In this document: piece by piece, positions 9,962 through 18,507 of the stretch
Position numbering within the stretch: the stretch's first letter is position 1
How the letters are laid out: each line of letters begins with the position of its first letter
Origin: a bacterium
Lineage (GTDB): Bacteria > UBA8248 > JACPRG01 > G963555815
Direction: 5' to 3'
Assembly: GCA_963555815.3 (NCBI GenBank)
Contig: CAUVWX020000002.1
Span: 480,001-544,000, forward strand
Length of the DNA stretch: 64,000 bases
The notes under the pieces: generated by a model
The model's database searches: none
Told to the model about the DNA's origin: nothing
The model's input: the letters and a program-made list of their open reading frames with translations, nothing else
Program-made: the position numbers and the translations under genes

Positions 9962-11266
9962 TCACTCGGCAGCCTTTAGCCCGACTCCACTGCCATTCCC
10001 AAGATCTGCCTGAAAGACCTCCCAGCTCTTCAGGATCTCAACGGCCCGAATCAGCTGCAGATCGTCGCTGCGCAGCCTAGCGGTCGTTCCCCCGCCATCA
10101 GGCCCGTCCTCTCCCTCAAGGGGCTCCTCCACCTCGGTTTCAAGGGGGTGCGACGGGGCGACGGGTGGGGCGTTTACGACCACGATGTCAGGCTCGATCC
10201 CCTCCCCCTGGATAAGGCGTCCATGGGGTGTGAAATAGCGAGCAGTCGTGAGCCGAAGACCCGAGCCATCGCTCAAAGGAACAATCGTCTGGACCGACGC
10301 CTTCCCGAAGGTCCTGGTCCCCAAGATGACGGCCCGTCCAAGGTCTTGCAAGGCTCCCGAGACCACTTCGGAGGCGCTGGCGCTTCCGGAATTCACCAGG
10401 ACGATCATGGGAAAATCCATATAAGTGCCCCGTCGGTGGGTGTGAAATCTCACGTTCTGGTCTTCCAGCCGGCCCTCGGTGTAGACGATGAGGGAGCCCT
10501 CATCCAGGAAAAGGTCGGCCACCCCCACTGCCTGCCTCAGAAGCCCCCCTGGGTTGTTTCGAAGGTCGAGGATGAAACCCTGGAAGCCTTCTCCTTCCAA
10601 TTCATCCAGGGCGCTCTGCAACTCGTCTCGCGTGTTCTGGCTAAAGCTCCGGATCCGGGTGTAGGCGATGCCGTCGTCCAGCATCCGGTGGTCCACACTC
10701 CTCACCTGGATGACATCCCTGACCAGGGTGAAATCTCTGGGTTCGTCCCACCCTTCGCGCATAATCGTGACGGTCACCCTGCTGCCCCGCGGGCCTCTCA
10801 ACATCATCACGACCTCAGACAGGGTCAGATCCCCGGTCGGCTCACCGTCGGCCCTCAGGATTTGATCGCCTGTGAGGATGCCCGCCCGATCCGCCGGTGT
10901 ACCCGCGATGGGGGCCACCACGGTCAGGACACCGTTGCGAATCGTGATCTCAATCCCCAGGCCTCCGAACTCCCCCCGGGTCTCCACCTGGAGTTCCTGG
11001 TAGACCTCGGGGGGCATGAAGGAGCTATGGGGGTCGAGGGTGTCGATGAGGCCCCGGATGGCCCCGTAGACGAGCTCCCTTTCCTCAACGGGCTCCACAT
11101 AATTCTCCCGAATAAGAGAGAGCACCTCGGCAAAGGTCTTCAGGTGGTCATAGACTGCCGCGCGGGCCATCATTGCTCGGCCGAGGATTACTCCCCCCAG
11201 CCCCATCACCACGAGGGCTACCAGGGAAACGGCGAGCCATCTTCGCCATCGGGGGATAGAATGCAT
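9962..11266 (-). CDS. ctpA: Carboxy-terminal processing protease, S41 family with PDZ domain
   Basis: LDPHSS, GEFGGLGIEI, LDLRNNPGGLL, SASASEVV, TFGKASVQ, ARYFTP. Confidence 0.95.
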   Translation of the reverse strand: MHSIPRWRRWLAVSLVALVVMGLGGVILGRAMMARAAVYDHLKTFAEVLSLIRENYVEPVEERELVYGAIRGLIDTLDPHSSFMPPEVYQELQVETRGEFGGLGIEITIRNGVLTVVAPIAGTPADRAGILTGDQILRADGEPTGDLTLSEVVMMLRGPRGSRVTVTIMREGWDEPRDFTLVRDVIQVRSVDHRMLDDGIAYTRIRSFSQNTRDELQSALDELEGEGFQGFILDLRNNPGGLLRQAVGVADLFLDEGSLIVYTEGRLEDQNVRFHTHRRGTYMDFPMIVLVNSGSASASEVVSGALQDLGRAVILGTRTFGKASVQTIVPLSDGSGLRLTTARYFTPHGRLIQGEGIEPDIVVVNAPPVAPSHPLETEVEEPLEGEDGPDGGGTTARLRSDDLQLIRAVEILKSWEVFQADLGNGSGVGLKAAE

Positions 11267-11436
11267 TAGTGGATCCTCCTTCCGCTCAGAGACCTACAGC
11301 CACCCCAAAGGGTTTTCCGCCTGGATGCAATCACACACCTAAAATACAAGGTTAAACCCTAGAAAAACCAAACCCTTTTCCTTAAAAAATACCAAAGGGA
11401 GGTTCCTTCCGCAACTCTTTTCCAAAGACCGTCCTG

Positions 11437-11458
11437 TTTGCAAACCCTTTGCAAACCC
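11437..11458. repeat. Tandem direct repeat (TTTGCAAACCC)x2 in a divergent intergenic region
   Basis: Two exact 11-nt copies, each containing the palindrome TTTGCAAA. Confidence 0.7.
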
Positions 11459-11534
11459 GAGGAACCCGGTGTTAGACTTCCGGCGAGAAAGAGATGAATG
11501 GAAATCCTTCGAAGCGCGAGGGAGCCGGGCTGCC

Positions 11535-12173
11535 ATGGAGACCTTCGACACTCCCAAGATCACCATCAAAAAAGTGCCTGTTGGAAATTTTGGAAACAAT
11601 GTCTATGTCCTCGTGTGCAAGGCGACAGGCGATAGCGTCATTGTCGACACCTCGTTTGAAGCGAGGCAAATCCTCGAGGCGACCGAAGGGACCACCGTGC
11701 GCTATATCCTGCAGACTCACTGCCACAGCGATCACATCCAAGCCTTGGCGGAGGTAAAACGGCGAACTGGCGCCCCCGTCGGGATCCACCCGGATGACGC
11801 AGACCACTTCGGAATCGAGGCGGATTTCGACCTCCACGATGAGGACATCATCAACTTCGGAGAGTGTCAGGTGAAGGTCGTCTTCACGCCGGGGCACTCC
11901 CCCGGCGGAGTGGGCTTCCTCTTTCCGGGCCATTTCATCATCGGGGACACCGTCTTTCCGGGCGGGCCAGGAATGACTTCCAGCCCCCAGGAATTCGAGC
12001 AACTCTCCGACAGCATCCAGCAAAAGGTGTATTCCCTCCCGGACGAGACGGCGCTCTACCCTGGACACGGTGAGAACACAACGGTCGGGGAGTCAAAAAA
12101 GGAATACACGGTCTTCGCCAGCAAGGTGAGGGACAGGCCCGTTTGCGGAGACGTGCTTTGGCTGGAGACCTAG
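11535..12173 (+). CDS. MBL-fold metallo-hydrolase (glyoxalase II-like)
   Basis: THCHSDH, TPGHSPG, GDTVF, YPGHG; start at METFD. Confidence 0.92.
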   Translation: METFDTPKITIKKVPVGNFGNNVYVLVCKATGDSVIVDTSFEARQILEATEGTTVRYILQTHCHSDHIQALAEVKRRTGAPVGIHPDDADHFGIEADFDLHDEDIINFGECQVKVVFTPGHSPGGVGFLFPGHFIIGDTVFPGGPGMTSSPQEFEQLSDSIQQKVYSLPDETALYPGHGENTTVGESKKEYTVFASKVRDRPVCGDVLWLET

Positions 12174-12176
12174 CCC

Positions 12177-12596
12177 GTGAGAGAAAAACCGACTAAAAGC
12201 CGGGAGGCCCGCGCCAAGCCAGAGGCGGAAAACCGCGGGGGGGCAACCAAATGGCCCTACCTGGGAGAGACCCCCGTCTATGCCCCCCTCTCTCCCTGGA
12301 CCCGATTCCAGGGAGGGGCCTTTTACATTATGTTGATCAATCTCTTCTCCGTCGTCTGGACCATCGTCTGCGGAGGGGGCATCTACTATGGGATGCGAAA
12401 CATCGCCATCATCAAGGGGGTGAGCCTGGGGGAAGCCCTCGTGCTCAGGTGGGATACGGGCCTCTGGCTCTGGGTCCAAGTGTGGTTCTACCCTGTCCTC
12501 ACAGTGCAACTCGCCAGTTTCCTCATCCGTCTCTATTACAAAAAAAGGGGGAGACCCCTTCCAAAGGCCTCCCTCATCCCAGGGTCCAGAGGGTGA
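12177..12596 (+). CDS. Hypothetical membrane protein (2 predicted TM helices)
   Basis: Starts 3 nt after the MBL gene; two hydrophobic stretches with basic flanks. Confidence 0.55.
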   Translation: MREKPTKSREARAKPEAENRGGATKWPYLGETPVYAPLSPWTRFQGGAFYIMLINLFSVVWTIVCGGGIYYGMRNIAIIKGVSLGEALVLRWDTGLWLWVQVWFYPVLTVQLASFLIRLYYKKRGRPLPKASLIPGSRG

Positions 12597-12628
12597 GTCC
12601 ATGGACTCCCTGGGGAAGTGTCTCTTAC

Positions 12629-14458
12629 CTACAAGATTCGAAGGTCCCTCAAGTTGAGCTGCAGTGTCGTCCGATTGTTCCAACGGTTGAGCTCCGGCGT
12701 GAAGACGAGGTCCACCCGCTGATCCCGGCGGCTCAAGGCTTCAAAACCCTGCCCCGATTCCTGGGTCGTCTGAGCTCCCCGGAAATTTTCCCCTGATCCC
12801 ATTCGAAAGCCGATCACCCCAGCCGCAGCCCGTCCCTGGCGAACCTCGAACTTGAGATGCTGCCCGTCTTTACCCACGTGCTTCACCGGACCCAGCACCT
12901 CGGCTCCATCAAGGAAGAGAAGGGGTTTTGGATTTCGGGATCCGAAGGGAGCCAGCCCCTCGATGGCCTCCATCGTCTGGGGCGTCAGGTCAGACAGGGT
13001 CACCCTCGCCTCCACCTCCAGGCGGGGGACATAATCCTCGGCGGTAAGGCTCTCGGCGGCAATCCTTCGCAAGCGCTCTGCAAACTCGCCAACCCGCTCT
13101 TTTCGGATAACCAGACCCGCCGCATAGTGGTGCCCGCCGAACTGCTCCAGCAGGTCAGAGCAGCGGGAGAGGGCTCGGTGGAGGTGAAGGGCCCGGATGC
13201 TTCGCCCCGAACCCTTCCCCACCTCTCCCTTGAGCCCGATGAGGATCGCAGGGCGGTGGTACTCTTCGACTATCTTGGAAGCCACGATGCCGAGCACCCC
13301 CGTGTGCCAACCTGCCTCGGCCAGGACAATGGGCCCCTCCCCAAGGAATAGATCTCGCTCCACCCTCTCGCGCACCTCTCGATGGAGGTCCTCCTGGACA
13401 CGCTGTCGCTCCTGATTGACGGCATCAAGACGCCCGGCCCCCTCGGCAGCTCGCTTGGCATCCTCCTCGACGAGCAGAGAAAGCCCCTCCCGCGCGTCTC
13501 CCAGGCGTCCCACCGCATTCAACCGAGGGCCCAATTGAAAGCCTACCTGACCCGCGGACACCTCTGCGAGGGGCGCGATCCCCGCGACCCGAAGGAGGGC
13601 CTGGAGCCCCGGCTTTCGAGTCCGGGCCAATTCGGAGAGTCCGTGACGAACGAGGACGCGGTTCTCCCCGCAGAGGGGAACCACATCGGCCACCGTCCCA
13701 AGGGCCACCAGATCCATGTGCTGCCTCAAGTTAGGAAGAGATTCGGCGGCAAAGCCCCGCTCTAGAAGCCTTCGCCGGACAGCGGTCGCCAGCTTGAAAG
13801 TCACCCCCACCCCCGCCAGGTTCTTGTCCGGATACCCGCACCCTGGGCGAAGGGGATCCAGGACGGCCATCGCTGAGGGAAGGGTTGGCGGAGGGTGATG
13901 GTGGTCCGCAATGATGATCTCCAGACCCGCCCGGGACGCCGCCGCCACCTCGGCGACGTTGCTGATCCCCGTGTCCACCGTGATGAGAAGCCCGGCGCCC
14001 TGGGCGGCAAGCCCTAGGAGGGCCGCCTCGTTCAGGCCGTAGCCTTCTCTGAAGCGGTCCGGGACGTAGGTCTCCACCTCTCGACCAAAGGCTCGGAAGA
14101 AATGGACGAGAAGGGCGGCCGAGGTCAAGCCATCCACATCGTAGTCGGCGTAGACAATGATCCGCTCCTCCCCCTCAATGGCCCTTGCGACTCTCTCGGC
14201 CGCTTCTTCCATCCCCGCCATCAGGAAGGGGTCGTGAAGGCGTTCCAGGTCAACCGCCAGGAACTCTTGAGCGGCCGCCTTTTCCCGAATGCCCCTTCTC
14301 CACAAAAGGGTCCCGAGAAGAGGATTTAGGCCAAGGGCGGCGGCGAAACGAAGAACCTCCGGGTCAGGCTCCCCGGGCACCTCCCACCGGAAGCGAAGGC
14401 CCATTTTTGTCGGACTCGTCGGACTCACGGTGAAGGGTTTCCTCGGCGAGGAGATCAA
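12629..14458 (-). CDS. recJ: Single-stranded-DNA exonuclease RecJ
   Basis: YADYDVDG, ITVDTG, DHH, LGTVADVVPL, GSGRS, FGGHHYAAG, APFGSRNP; TTGA overlap with the dacB stop (alternative ATG 14404). Confidence 0.96.
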   Translation of the reverse strand: MISSPRKPFTVSPTSPTKMGLRFRWEVPGEPDPEVLRFAAALGLNPLLGTLLWRRGIREKAAAQEFLAVDLERLHDPFLMAGMEEAAERVARAIEGEERIIVYADYDVDGLTSAALLVHFFRAFGREVETYVPDRFREGYGLNEAALLGLAAQGAGLLITVDTGISNVAEVAAASRAGLEIIIADHHHPPPTLPSAMAVLDPLRPGCGYPDKNLAGVGVTFKLATAVRRRLLERGFAAESLPNLRQHMDLVALGTVADVVPLCGENRVLVRHGLSELARTRKPGLQALLRVAGIAPLAEVSAGQVGFQLGPRLNAVGRLGDAREGLSLLVEEDAKRAAEGAGRLDAVNQERQRVQEDLHREVRERVERDLFLGEGPIVLAEAGWHTGVLGIVASKIVEEYHRPAILIGLKGEVGKGSGRSIRALHLHRALSRCSDLLEQFGGHHYAAGLVIRKERVGEFAERLRRIAAESLTAEDYVPRLEVEARVTLSDLTPQTMEAIEGLAPFGSRNPKPLLFLDGAEVLGPVKHVGKDGQHLKFEVRQGRAAAGVIGFRMGSGENFRGAQTTQESGQGFEALSRRDQRVDLVFTPELNRWNNRTTLQLNLRDLRIL

Positions 14459-15996
14459 CGACTGGGCGAGGTTCGAGCGGGAGAGAAGCCCCGGTTCAGA
14501 TGGACCAGGGCGAGGGCCATCCGGTCCTGGATCACCTTGACCTTCCAGTGGGGACAGGAAGAACCGTTCATCAAGATCGAAAAGGCCAGGACCTCTCCCT
14601 CCCCGGTGACGGCATATCCCGAGAGGGTGTCCACCCCTTTCAGGGAACCCGTCTTCGCCCGGACCCGTCGCTCGCCCCGGGTGTCCTCAAGACGATCTCG
14701 GGCAGAGCCGTCCACGCCCATGACGGACAGGGAGGAAACGAACTCCGACCGATAGCGAAAATCGTTGTACATGTCCTGGAGAACCTTCACGAGCTGCCCT
14801 GGTGAAAGGCGGTTCTCTCTTAAAAGGCCCGAGCCGTCGGCCATCTGAAAGTTTTCGTCGGAGACGCCGAGACGCTTCAGGTAGCTCCCCACCACAGCCA
14901 CCCCTTTTTCCACTGTTCCCGGGGGGCCCTCCGCCTCGGCCCCGAGGACGTTGAGAATTTGCTGTGCCATGAAGTTGTTACTCCACTTGTTCATATCCCA
15001 AAGAATGGAGGCCAGGGACTTTGAGCGGTGCTGGAAGAGGAGTCCCGCTTCAGGGGGGACCGGGCCAAGGCGCACCTCCCCCTCAACGGAGATTCCTCCT
15101 CTTTGGAGAAACTCGACGAACGTATGGCCTAAATAGAGGGCGGGATTCGAGATGGAGACCCAGATCAGTTCTCTCGGGCTTCCAAAGGGGAGATTTCCTT
15201 CAACGATGATCCGGTCCGACCCCGAAAGCGTCTCTCTTAACACCCTAAGGGTCTTGCGCTTGCTCCCGCGCACTGTTTTTGCCCGGTTTAAAAGCTCAAA
15301 GTAAGGGGACGCGGGCTCCAGGACCACGCGAGGAGGTTGACCCGGAGAGGCCCCGGGCTCTGCATGGACTGCAACCGCGTTGAAGTTCAGGGAGGCCGCC
15401 CCGTAGGGGGCCAGATAGGCACGCGCCTTTGTCGGGGAAGGGGGAGGCGACGGGGGACTGGAAAAATAACTGTCGTCAATGACCAAATGCCCCCGAACTT
15501 TTCGCAACCCCAAGGTCCGAAGAGACATGACCAGCTTCAAAAGTTCCTCGGAGACCAAGCTCGGATCTCCAAACCCTTTCAGATAAAGATTGCCCTCAAG
15601 AGTTCCTTCCGAGAGAGAGGTGTCCGAGTGGAGGTCAGTCTTGAAGACATAATCCGACTTGAGAAAGCGAAGGGCTGCAGCCGAGACGAAAAGCTTGATG
15701 TTTGAGGCCGGGACGAAAAGTTCTTCCCCTCGGCGATCGTAGAGAACCTCTTCATTATCAAGGGATAAGACGTGGACCCCCACCCTCGCGTCCGCAAGGC
15801 AGGAATCTTGAAGAAGGCCGCCCAGCTTCGCTTGAAGAGGCGAAGAGGGCTTGGGGGGAGGCTCTTGCGCCAGAAGATGAGGGCTCATCCAAAGAAAGGC
15901 GGCCATAAAAAAGAGCCCGGCAGCCCACCCGCGCCGCCGGAGGCCCCCCTCAGGGCGTCTCCTCACAAATCCTTCTGCCAGCGGGCTAAGGCCCAT
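14455..15996 (-). CDS. dacB: D-Ala-D-Ala carboxypeptidase/endopeptidase PBP4 (S13)
   Basis: PASNIKL (SxxK), GFGDPSL, SNN, DGSGL, KTGSL. Confidence 0.95.
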   Translation of the reverse strand: MGLSPLAEGFVRRRPEGGLRRRGWAAGLFFMAAFLWMSPHLLAQEPPPKPSSPLQAKLGGLLQDSCLADARVGVHVLSLDNEEVLYDRRGEELFVPASNIKLFVSAAALRFLKSDYVFKTDLHSDTSLSEGTLEGNLYLKGFGDPSLVSEELLKLVMSLRTLGLRKVRGHLVIDDSYFSSPPSPPPSPTKARAYLAPYGAASLNFNAVAVHAEPGASPGQPPRVVLEPASPYFELLNRAKTVRGSKRKTLRVLRETLSGSDRIIVEGNLPFGSPRELIWVSISNPALYLGHTFVEFLQRGGISVEGEVRLGPVPPEAGLLFQHRSKSLASILWDMNKWSNNFMAQQILNVLGAEAEGPPGTVEKGVAVVGSYLKRLGVSDENFQMADGSGLLRENRLSPGQLVKVLQDMYNDFRYRSEFVSSLSVMGVDGSARDRLEDTRGERRVRAKTGSLKGVDTLSGYAVTGEGEVLAFSILMNGSSCPHWKVKVIQDRMALALVHLNRGFSPARTSPSR

Positions 15997-16582
15997 CCCA
16001 CTTCTCCGAGACTACCAGGCCCAAAAGTCCCGCCAGCCAGTTAAAACCCACATCCCTGGGATCTCCGAAGCGATTGGGAAGGAGATATTGAATGAGCTCG
16101 TCAAGAAGCCCGACCGAGAAGACCAGCGTAAGGGCCCGGATCCGAAGGGCCCGCCTATCCTTCGAACCGGGGTGTTTCTCCCCTTCATTGAACGCGTGGC
16201 CCCGGGCCTGAAAATAACGAAGGCTGAAATGGGAGAGAAATCCATACTCGGCAAAGTGGACCTTCTCGACGGGGTTCTCAAGGATCCAGAGAAACCATCC
16301 ATAGATCCCAGCGGAGGCGAGCAGAAGAGGGCTTGCCTTCCAGGAAAGAGAGCGCCGGAGGAACCCGAGGCCGATGGCGAGGCCCAGGAGGACAAGAAAG
16401 GCCGTCAGAGACCTCTCAGCCGTCGCGCCAAATTGATCCCGAAGGGGAATCCAAAGGAGTGAGAGGACAGGAAGGGTCACCAGGATAGCGGCCACATAAG
16501 CCCCAAGGACCCATGCCGATCCCGTCGTCCACTTCCCCCTCAGCGTGTAGGTGAGTTCACCCGAAGGCCTCTCCTCTTTCAT
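15986..16582 (-). CDS. VanZ-family membrane protein
   Basis: EKVHFAEYGFL, DELIQYLLPNRFGDPRDVGFN; multiple TM segments; start uncertain (16582 or 16618). Confidence 0.85.
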   Translation of the reverse strand: MKEERPSGELTYTLRGKWTTGSAWVLGAYVAAILVTLPVLSLLWIPLRDQFGATAERSLTAFLVLLGLAIGLGFLRRSLSWKASPLLLASAGIYGWFLWILENPVEKVHFAEYGFLSHFSLRYFQARGHAFNEGEKHPGSKDRRALRIRALTLVFSVGLLDELIQYLLPNRFGDPRDVGFNWLAGLLGLVVSEKWDGP

Positions 16583-16689
16583 CCCCTGCTCATCTCTTCG
16601 ATCCAAGCCTCCGAGCACTTGGCGAGATTATACAAGAAAGGAAGGAAACTGCCCCACGAAAAGTGGTGAGGGGGTGAGGGACAGGAGGG

Positions 16690-17712
16690 TCAGCCCGATC
16701 TTCTTGGGACAGGGGGAATTTCGTCGAAGGCCCCAAGGCCGGTGGCGGTTCTGAGGCCTGGGGGTTCTGAAAGGATGTCTTGAACCGCCCGAAGGAGGAT
16801 GGCAATCGTCGCCTCATCACCCCGGATTCCTCCAGGGATCTGCATGCGAACCGAAGGGGCTCCCTCCACCACAATGGCGTCGTGAGGGTCTAGGGCACCG
16901 ATGCGCATCTGAAGGAGGAGGTCAATCACCACCTCCCCGGACAAAAATCCCTTCCCCCTCTGCTCGACCCCTGCCACTTCTCCCCTGCCGACCTCCAGGG
17001 ACCCGGTCGAAAGATCACGCTCGGCCAGAATGGCCTTCTTCTCCTCTTCTACCACATCAAGCTTCCAGCCAAGCCCGTGGGCGATGAGGGCCACAGACTC
17101 CCTGAGGCCCACGTGTCCGAACCGGGGGGAGGCCAGCTCTTTCTGAAAATCCTTCGATGACACACCCATCTTCCTTTGAAGGGGCTCCCGTCGGCTGGCC
17201 AAATCCGCCACCCGCTCCGCCTGGATATTTCCGATCTCCAGGCAATTTCGAGCGAGATCCAGGACGAGGCGGTCCATCACAAAACCTGGGTTGACCCCGG
17301 TCCCCATGACGGCCACCCCTCGCTCTTTCGCCAGCTCGTCCAGCCTTCGGGCCTCATCGGGATGTTGTAGGGGAAGGAAGGAGAGCTCTTCGGCCGATGA
17401 GACGATCCGGCACCCCGCCTCGACGGCCGCCAAGACCTGAGGGCGAACCTCTTCGTAGAAGGAGGAGGTTGTGTGAAGGACGACCTCGGGCCTCACCTTC
17501 GACAGGGTCCCCTCAGGGTCGTCCGAAACCGGGATGCCCAGGGATGATTTCAGACCAAGGACCTGCCCGGCGTCCTGGCCGGCCTTCGCAGGGTCTATAT
17601 CGACCGCCCCTGTCCACTCGATCCAGGGGGACTCCAGGGCACGAAGGGCGAGGGCCCTTCCGATGGCCCCCAGGCCGTAGCTGAGACAGCGAATTTTCCT
17701 ATGTGGAGACAA
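16690..17712 (-). CDS. 2,4-diaminopentanoate dehydrogenase (Ord)-like / DapB-like NAD(P)-dependent amine dehydrogenase
   Basis: YGLGAIG Rossmann motif, VDIDPAKAGQD, SSAEEL, GTGVNPGFVMD, GHVGL.ES, GGIRGD.AT. Confidence 0.85.
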   Translation of the reverse strand: MSPHRKIRCLSYGLGAIGRALALRALESPWIEWTGAVDIDPAKAGQDAGQVLGLKSSLGIPVSDDPEGTLSKVRPEVVLHTTSSFYEEVRPQVLAAVEAGCRIVSSAEELSFLPLQHPDEARRLDELAKERGVAVMGTGVNPGFVMDRLVLDLARNCLEIGNIQAERVADLASRREPLQRKMGVSSKDFQKELASPRFGHVGLRESVALIAHGLGWKLDVVEEEKKAILAERDLSTGSLEVGRGEVAGVEQRGKGFLSGEVVIDLLLQMRIGALDPHDAIVVEGAPSVRMQIPGGIRGDEATIAILLRAVQDILSEPPGLRTATGLGAFDEIPPVPRRSG

Positions 17713-17799
17713 AAAGGGCCTCCGCTCGTGACGAAAGAGCGTCCCTCTGAAATCCTTCCCCGAGGGTCGGCGAGAAGTTTTCGGGGGGCGAGGTTTCCG

Positions 17800-18321
17800 T
17801 TAAAGCCAGCGAAGGGTGTTCACGATGAGGCTTTCACTTGGGCGATCGGAGAAATCTTTCCCGATATGTTGAAAGCGAATGACCCCTTCCGCGTCGATGA
17901 TGAAGGTGGCGGGGCGGGAGATACCCTCTTGAGGGTGGAGAACCCCGAAGCGCCTGATGATCTCTCGATTCGAATCCGGCAGCACGGTATAGGTGAGCTG
18001 AAGCGCCTCAATAGTCATCTCGGCGGTCTCGGCATCGTCCGCGCTGAGGGCCACAAGAGAAGCCCCCAACCCTTTTATCTCCTCCAAGTGCTTCTCCAGC
18101 TCGACCAGCTGGTTTCTGCAAACACTTCAGAAGAGCCCCCGGTAAAAGACGAGGACGACGGGCCCCTTTTTAATGGCCTCCTCGAGCTTGAAATTAGCCA
18201 CCTCAAAGGCCGGCGCCCTGTCTCCCTCAGGGACTGGGTCAAACGGCCCCGCCCAAAGGGGCGACGCCAGGAAGAGCAACAGGAGAAATGGAAGGAAAAG
18301 ATACGAACGAACCACCTTCAT
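17800..18321 (-). CDS. Selenocysteine-containing exported peroxiredoxin-like (AhpC/TSA, thioredoxin-fold) protein, 173 aa, UxxC motif
   Basis: ORF-track pieces 18127..18630 and 17800..18087 share a frame joined by TGA at 18129-18127: VVLVFYRGLF-U-SVCRNQL, matching the family FYRGxWCPxC motif; signal peptide, GGAGG RBS, C-terminal RPATFIID..G.IRF. Confidence 0.9.
18086..18129 (-). promoter_or_regulatory. Bacterial SECIS element
   Basis: UGA-AGUGUUUGCAGAAA-CCAGCU-GGUCG-AGCUGG-AG-AAGCACUU: 6-bp apical stem, G-initiated loop 21 nt after UGA, 8-bp basal stem. Confidence 0.8.
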
Positions 18322-18365
18322 GGTCTTCCCTCCTGCGGTGACAGTATGGCTCTCAAGACTTTCTA

Positions 18366-18393
18366 AATTTACCATAGACGGGGCCCGTTGACA
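18366..18393 (-). promoter_or_regulatory. Putative sigma70 promoter for the selenoprotein gene
   Basis: TTGTCA, 16 nt, TAAATT with extended TG; spacer contains the palindrome ACGGGCCCGT. Confidence 0.4.
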
Positions 18394-18435
18394 AGCGAAG
18401 CCGCCCGAAAAAGTCGATTCAGCGAAGCCCTTTTG

Positions 18436-18464
18436 TTGACCTGGCGATCGGCTGGTGTTAAGAT
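18436..18464 (+). promoter_or_regulatory. Sigma70 promoter for the ABC transporter operon
   Basis: TTGACC, 17 nt, TAAGAT with extended TG; supports a start at 18508. Confidence 0.6.
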
Positions 18465-18507
18465 TTTTTGGATGGGTGACTCTCCCTGCTTTCGCTCTTT
18501 TTTCTCT

